From a virus, in IMG/VR virus record IMGVR_UViG_3300037333_000056, positions 9,660 through 73,659 of that record: DNA of 64,000 nt, one strand, 5' to 3'. This document shows, one piece after another, positions 59,671-64,000 of this stretch (position 1 is its first letter; every line of letters begins with the position of its first letter). Both the position numbers and the translations under genes were made by a program. The notes under the pieces were generated by a model. It made no database searches and had not been told where the DNA came from. It saw only the letters and a program-made list of their open reading frames with translations.

Positions 59671-61751
59671 TAGTATCCTCCAGTAACCGTTACCGTGCAA
59701 CCATTGTCTCTAAGTGTGTCAATGTTTGCCTTACCATCATCACTTGGTTCTTCATTGTCGCCACCCTCCAGCCTTACATACGTATTTGTTGTATCTCCGT
59801 CAACCAGTGCCTTAAGTATTGCATCTATTGCACCTTGAGGTAACTTATTATCTGTTATATATAACTGTCCTCCAGTAATAGATATTGTTCCACCAGCAAA
59901 GCCATCTAAATCATTATATGATAGGTTAATTCTAATCAACCTATCTGCATTACTTAAGTCTGGAACGTTTCCGTTTAGGCTATTTCCTCTTACGTAAAAA
60001 TATTTTACATAATCAAACACAACATTATCTAAATTACCACTAATATTATTATACTCAATATCAACTGTATCAAGTTTTGTATTATTTTCAAATGTAGGTA
60101 GTTCCCCACTAAAATTATTGTTATACAGACGTAAATATATTAGCTCTGTATTGTTTTCAAATGTAGGTAGTTCCCCACTAAAATTATTGTTATATATATA
60201 CAAACTTGATAGCTTTGTATTATTTTCAAATGTAGGTAGTTCACCACTAAGATTATTGGTATTTACGTACAATCTTGATAACTCTGTATTGTTTTCAAAT
60301 GTAGGTAGTTCTCCACTAAAATTATTGTTACTAAAGTATAAATATATTAGTTTTGTATTATTTTCAAATGTAGGTAGTTCTCCACTAAAATTATTGGTAC
60401 TTGCATATAAACCTGATAACTCTGTATTATTTTCAAATGTAGGTAGTTCCCCACTAAGATTATTACTACCTATATCAACTATATCAAGTTTTGTATTATT
60501 TTCAAATGTAGGTAGTTCCCCACTAAGATTATTGTTATTTACGTACAAACGCTCCAATTCACTATTATTATCCAATGCAGGAATACTACCTACAAGTAGA
60601 TTATAATCAAGATAAAGCCTTTTAAGCTTCTCGTTAGAAGCCATACTTGGTATTGTGCCAGTAATATAATTATTTCTTATATAAATAAATTCTAGGTTTA
60701 CAAGTGTATCAACTTTTGGAAGTGTTCCGTAAAAGTTTGAGTGCCCAGTATCAAAATACGTTATCCCATCGCCACTAAATGTGAATATATTATGTTCTTC
60801 TGTGATTTGAAGAGACACATCATTGTCATCATCTCCGTAGTATTTAACTCCATTTAATTCAACGTATTCGTCTGCTGGAGATTTAAATGTAAAAATATCA
60901 AATGATGTTGTCTTAAAATAGAAATATTTATCGGTAGCTGAACATAAATCATTCATAATCATCTGTGTATCTGTATAGTCACCAACGTACAAACTCAAAA
61001 TATCATCTTTAATAAAACTTAATTCACTAATCGTTTCATCAAACCACAACTTGCGAATATCATCAGGGTTAGCGTTCAGATGTGTTAAATCATCATCAGT
61101 TGTAATTACTCCAAGCAACGTCAGGTCACTAAAGCTTACCGTCCAATTCTTTTCGGTTAAATTTGGAATATCGGTAGTCTTCTTCCATTCTTTATCTTCA
61201 TAGTCAAACCAAATTATGCTTTTAACAAGAACCTCATCAATCACTCTAGCTTCAAGAATTTCAACATCTCCAGTAAACCCATCAGCATCTAAAATGTTGC
61301 CATCTCCAATCGTGTAGAATATACCGTTCATCTCTTTACCATAAAGCGTTCCACTATCATAATTTGAAATTCTAAACTTAATCACACAATCCCCATCGCT
61401 TGAAATATCACTTAGATTAGACGTTGCATCATCTGCTGTGTAGCTATTATCTCCGTTGTCTGTCCAATCATCCCCTAGTGTAGCTGTTTGTAGGCTGTCA
61501 TCAAGCAATGTATGCTTTAGAGGTATGTCAATGCTTTGGTCTGTTCCGTTAAGCTTTATGTGGCTTGAAGCGTTACAGATTAACTTGTCATCAAGTGTAC
61601 CATCATTTTTAACGTATCTCGTACCGTCTGTATCTGTTAGGATTTCTCCCATTTTATATAGAAGCTGTACTAAGCCTAGAGAGTAGTCAAAATTCCTACT
61701 ATCGTAAGCCCTATATCCACTGCTGCTATCGTAGTCGAGAAACATCGTCAT
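59670..61751 (-). CDS. Leucine-rich-repeat tail/receptor-binding-like protein
   Basis: LxxLxLxxNxLSGELP repeats; likely start ATG 61751 just after the stop of the upstream ORF. Confidence 0.85.
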   Translation of the reverse strand: MTMFLDYDSSSGYRAYDSRNFDYSLGLVQLLYKMGEILTDTDGTRYVKNDGTLDDKLICNASSHIKLNGTDQSIDIPLKHTLLDDSLQTATLGDDWTDNGDNSYTADDATSNLSDISSDGDCVIKFRISNYDSGTLYGKEMNGIFYTIGDGNILDADGFTGDVEILEARVIDEVLVKSIIWFDYEDKEWKKTTDIPNLTEKNWTVSFSDLTLLGVITTDDDLTHLNANPDDIRKLWFDETISELSFIKDDILSLYVGDYTDTQMIMNDLCSATDKYFYFKTTSFDIFTFKSPADEYVELNGVKYYGDDDNDVSLQITEEHNIFTFSGDGITYFDTGHSNFYGTLPKVDTLVNLEFIYIRNNYITGTIPSMASNEKLKRLYLDYNLLVGSIPALDNNSELERLYVNNNNLSGELPTFENNTKLDIVDIGSNNLSGELPTFENNTELSGLYASTNNFSGELPTFENNTKLIYLYFSNNNFSGELPTFENNTELSRLYVNTNNLSGELPTFENNTKLSSLYIYNNNFSGELPTFENNTELIYLRLYNNNFSGELPTFENNTKLDTVDIEYNNISGNLDNVVFDYVKYFYVRGNSLNGNVPDLSNADRLIRINLSYNDLDGFAGGTISITGGQLYITDNKLPQGAIDAILKALVDGDTTNTYVRLEGGDNEEPSDDGKANIDTLRDNGCTVTVTGGY
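60062..60544 (-). repeat. Seven tandem 69-bp (23-aa) coding LRR repeats
   Basis: GTATT(A/G)TTTTCAAATGTAGGTAGTTC.CCACTAA recurs at 60079, 60148, 60217, 60286, 60355, 60424, 60493. Confidence 0.95.
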
Positions 61752-61755
61752 AATT

Positions 61756-62007
61756 CTAGAGTTCCATCTCTGACACATAGAAGCTTCTAGGCAGTTTGCC
61801 CACTGCACTAATGTAAATGTCCATATTTGCAGAGAATGAACGCTCCGCATATGGAGGTAGCCATCGACCCATATTAGATGGAGTAATCTCATACTCGCTC
61901 CATCTAACCTCCGTATTGCCTGCTTGTATTGTTTTTACGTTAGTTATTTTTAGCTGTTCGTCTCCGACACTAATGTTTCTTCCTTTTACTAAATCAATTG
62001 TTATCAT
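61756..62007 (-). CDS. Hypothetical protein
   Basis: AGGAG RBS, 83 aa. Confidence 0.65.
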   Translation of the reverse strand: MITIDLVKGRNISVGDEQLKITNVKTIQAGNTEVRWSEYEITPSNMGRWLPPYAERSFSANMDIYISAVGKLPRSFYVSEMEL

Positions 62008-62027
62008 ATTCTATTCTCCTATGCTTT

Positions 62028-63998
62028 CTATACTTCTTCTATACTAAGGCTACCATCATTAACAAACAGTCTCCATTTCTTGTCATCATTTCTGTCATTT
62101 AGTATTACTCCAGTGAGTTCATCGGTGAACTCTATATCTCCCGATACAGAACCAGCTTGATCGTTCCTTAATAATTGGCTAGATTCTAATCCATCAAGTT
62201 TATCTGCATCTAATTCTGAACCGGCCCCATCGTTATCGCTATGCCATACTGTGTGACCATTAAATGTAATTGTATCATCATCTTTAATCTTAAGAGACTC
62301 AATTGCATTATCGTCTTTATCTCTAATTGTTAGCTCAAGTGCTGTTCCGTTGTCGTACATATTTAGATGACCAGCTCTAGTAGTTGTATCGTCGGCACTT
62401 CTGTTTGCCCATAGTTCGATATGATTGTCACTTATTTCAGTCTGATTGTCAGCATCAAGCTTTATGTACATACCGGAGTCTTTTAGTGATGACCCTGCAC
62501 CTGATGTGGTTACAGATACTTCATTAACACTAGCATTATATTCTTTTGTATCATTGACTAGGCTTATAGACTCATATGTTTCAGTAAGTTTAACGTCTCC
62601 ATTGCTAATCTCTGCTGAACCTGGTTCTGACTTATTGATTAGCGTTCCATCAGTAATTATAGAAGATTGCTTTGTTGATTCATTTGAATATGTATCATCA
62701 CTGATTTTCACACTGGTTCTTGATGATGCGAACGTATCAGTTCCATCTGTAATCTCAATTGATTTTTTTGTTAAGGTGTTGCTATAATCATCATCAGATA
62801 TAGTAATTGATGTCTTCGTTGTAACTGCTGAATCAGTAGTGTCAGACACAGATACAGACGTTTTGCTCATTGCTGATGAGTCTGTACCATCGCTTATATG
62901 CGATTCAGTCTTTGATGCATAAAATTCATCGGTACCATCAGTGATAGTAATATCTGTTTTTGTTCCAGTTAAACTATCAGTATCGTCCTTTGTGTATATA
63001 GTTGTCTTTGTAACTTTTGTTTCGTCGTTTGAATCTTTTATTTTAACATACTCTTTTGTGGACTCAAATGAATCAACATCATCAATTATTACAAGGCTAT
63101 CTCTAGTTATCTCACTATAGCTAGTAGTCTCGTCATATATCTTTGAGCTGTCTTTGTTTAGCTTACTGTGGTTTACACCATCTGTTATATCTACAGTTTC
63201 TTTTGTAATATCTATTGAATATGTTCCATCATTTATATGAAAATGATCAGTATCTACTAGAGATTCATTACTAGTACTAGTATTTCTGTATGTCGACGTA
63301 TTGTCAGAGTGTGTGCTTTCGGTATCTCCACCTTCATTGTATATTCTTACTGCAACTTTATTTTCACTTACTACAGGATATGACGTAGCTATTCCAACTG
63401 TATTTTCTATTGTTTGTGTTGGTTTATCAGAACCAGATGACAGTTCTGCTGACGCATCTGAATACTTCTCTACACTTCTTTTTCCAACAACTGTAACTTT
63501 ATCAGAACCAGAGATGTCTATGTTTGACGTAACTCCGTCTTCATTTCTAACATATGCAGTAAGACTTGTTGCGGCCATAATATTCAATACATTATAAGAA
63601 CCAGTTATTACACCATAGTTGCTGTCATCATTATTGATAGTTGCAGATAACGGTTTAATAGTGTTTCCAGTACCTTCTATATTAAACAGTTTACATTTTC
63701 CGTCACTGTTGTTGTCTACATATAATTCTTGCATATTAAATGTATTTCCAACAACATAGTCGCCTATTGCAGATAGCAAGAATGATTTATCGCCGTCAAA
63801 ATCACTGTCAGATACGTCATGTGTATTTGATATTTTACCACCATTTATTACATTTCCAGTAAGTCCGTTAGCATCTGTTATATTCTAAAGTTTTGCACCA
63901 ACAATTGGATCTGAGATAATACCTATATTTATAGTGTTCGACGTAACATTTCCGTCTGTAGGCTTAAGCCTTACTCCACACGTTCCATTGATTGTAGA
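62028..63998 (-). CDS. Tail fiber-like protein, 5'-truncated by the window, with in-frame TAG at 63887-63885
   Basis: VWHSDNDGAGSELDADKLDG fiber motif; Thr/Ser/Asp pseudo-repeats; frame open to the window end except for one TAG. Confidence 0.7.
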
Positions 63999-64000
63999 CA

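Noticed and set aside
60062-60544. CRISPR-like array (conserved ~45 bp + variable ~24 bp)
   Set aside because: The period is exactly 23 codons in frame within an LRR ORF, the 'spacers' are mutually similar, and there are no cas genes
59670-61751. Diversity-generating retroelement acting on the LRR gene
   Set aside because: No reverse transcriptase or non-coding template repeat in the window, and the variation is not adenine-specific
61752-61892. N-terminal extension of the LRR ORF given in the ORF track
   Set aside because: Overlaps the RBS-supported 83-aa ORF and has atypical composition; ATG 61751 is the more plausible start
28738-63597. Many plus-strand ORFs opposite the structural genes (and minus-strand ORFs opposite the early genes)
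   Set aside because: Ser/Leu/Phe-rich antisense shadows of real genes, without RBSs or motifs
1-64000. Genome-wide TAG recoding
   Set aside because: Many well-defined genes (nrdB, SSB, thyX, portal) end at TAG and long ORFs are intact in code 11; only one internal TAG was seen

Overview
The window is about 64 kb of an AT-rich lytic dsDNA phage of N4-like (Schitoviridae-type) organisation. AAGGA RBSs, TG-N-TATAAT promoters and the RNR style suggest a Campylobacterota-like host, but that is inference. 1-28.3 kb (+ strand) holds early and replication genes: SF2 helicase, RepL-like protein, ThyX, AAA+/vWA pair, NrdAB, N4-gp43-like primase, Sak4-like ATPase, ParB-like and GIY-YIG proteins, SSB, resolvase and UvrD-like helicase. 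28.4-64 kb (- strand) holds the virion module: giant virion RNA polymerase, ejection proteins, major capsid, portal and tail/receptor-binding proteins. Main oddities: (1) the virion RNAP appears split into two genes (1321 + 2800 aa) whose only two cysteines sit on either side of the split, and it carries DEDDh exonuclease, zincin, 2H-phosphoesterase and GIY-YIG-like cargo domains; (2) about 13 hypervariable, mostly translationally coupled mini-genes share an N-terminal M-x-K-Q-hydrophobic tag; (3) two loci each have a convergent pair of long rod-like hairpins plus palindromes upstream of a RepL-like or ParB-like gene; (4) a dispersed AGAACCAGT...ACTGGTTCT hairpin family; (5) a candidate anti-Shine-Dalgarno sRNA; (6) a tail-region LRR protein with near-identical scaffolds and hypervariable faces; (7) Tad2-like and Acb4-like candidate anti-defence sponges. 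All family assignments are by eye from motifs and synteny; no searches were run.
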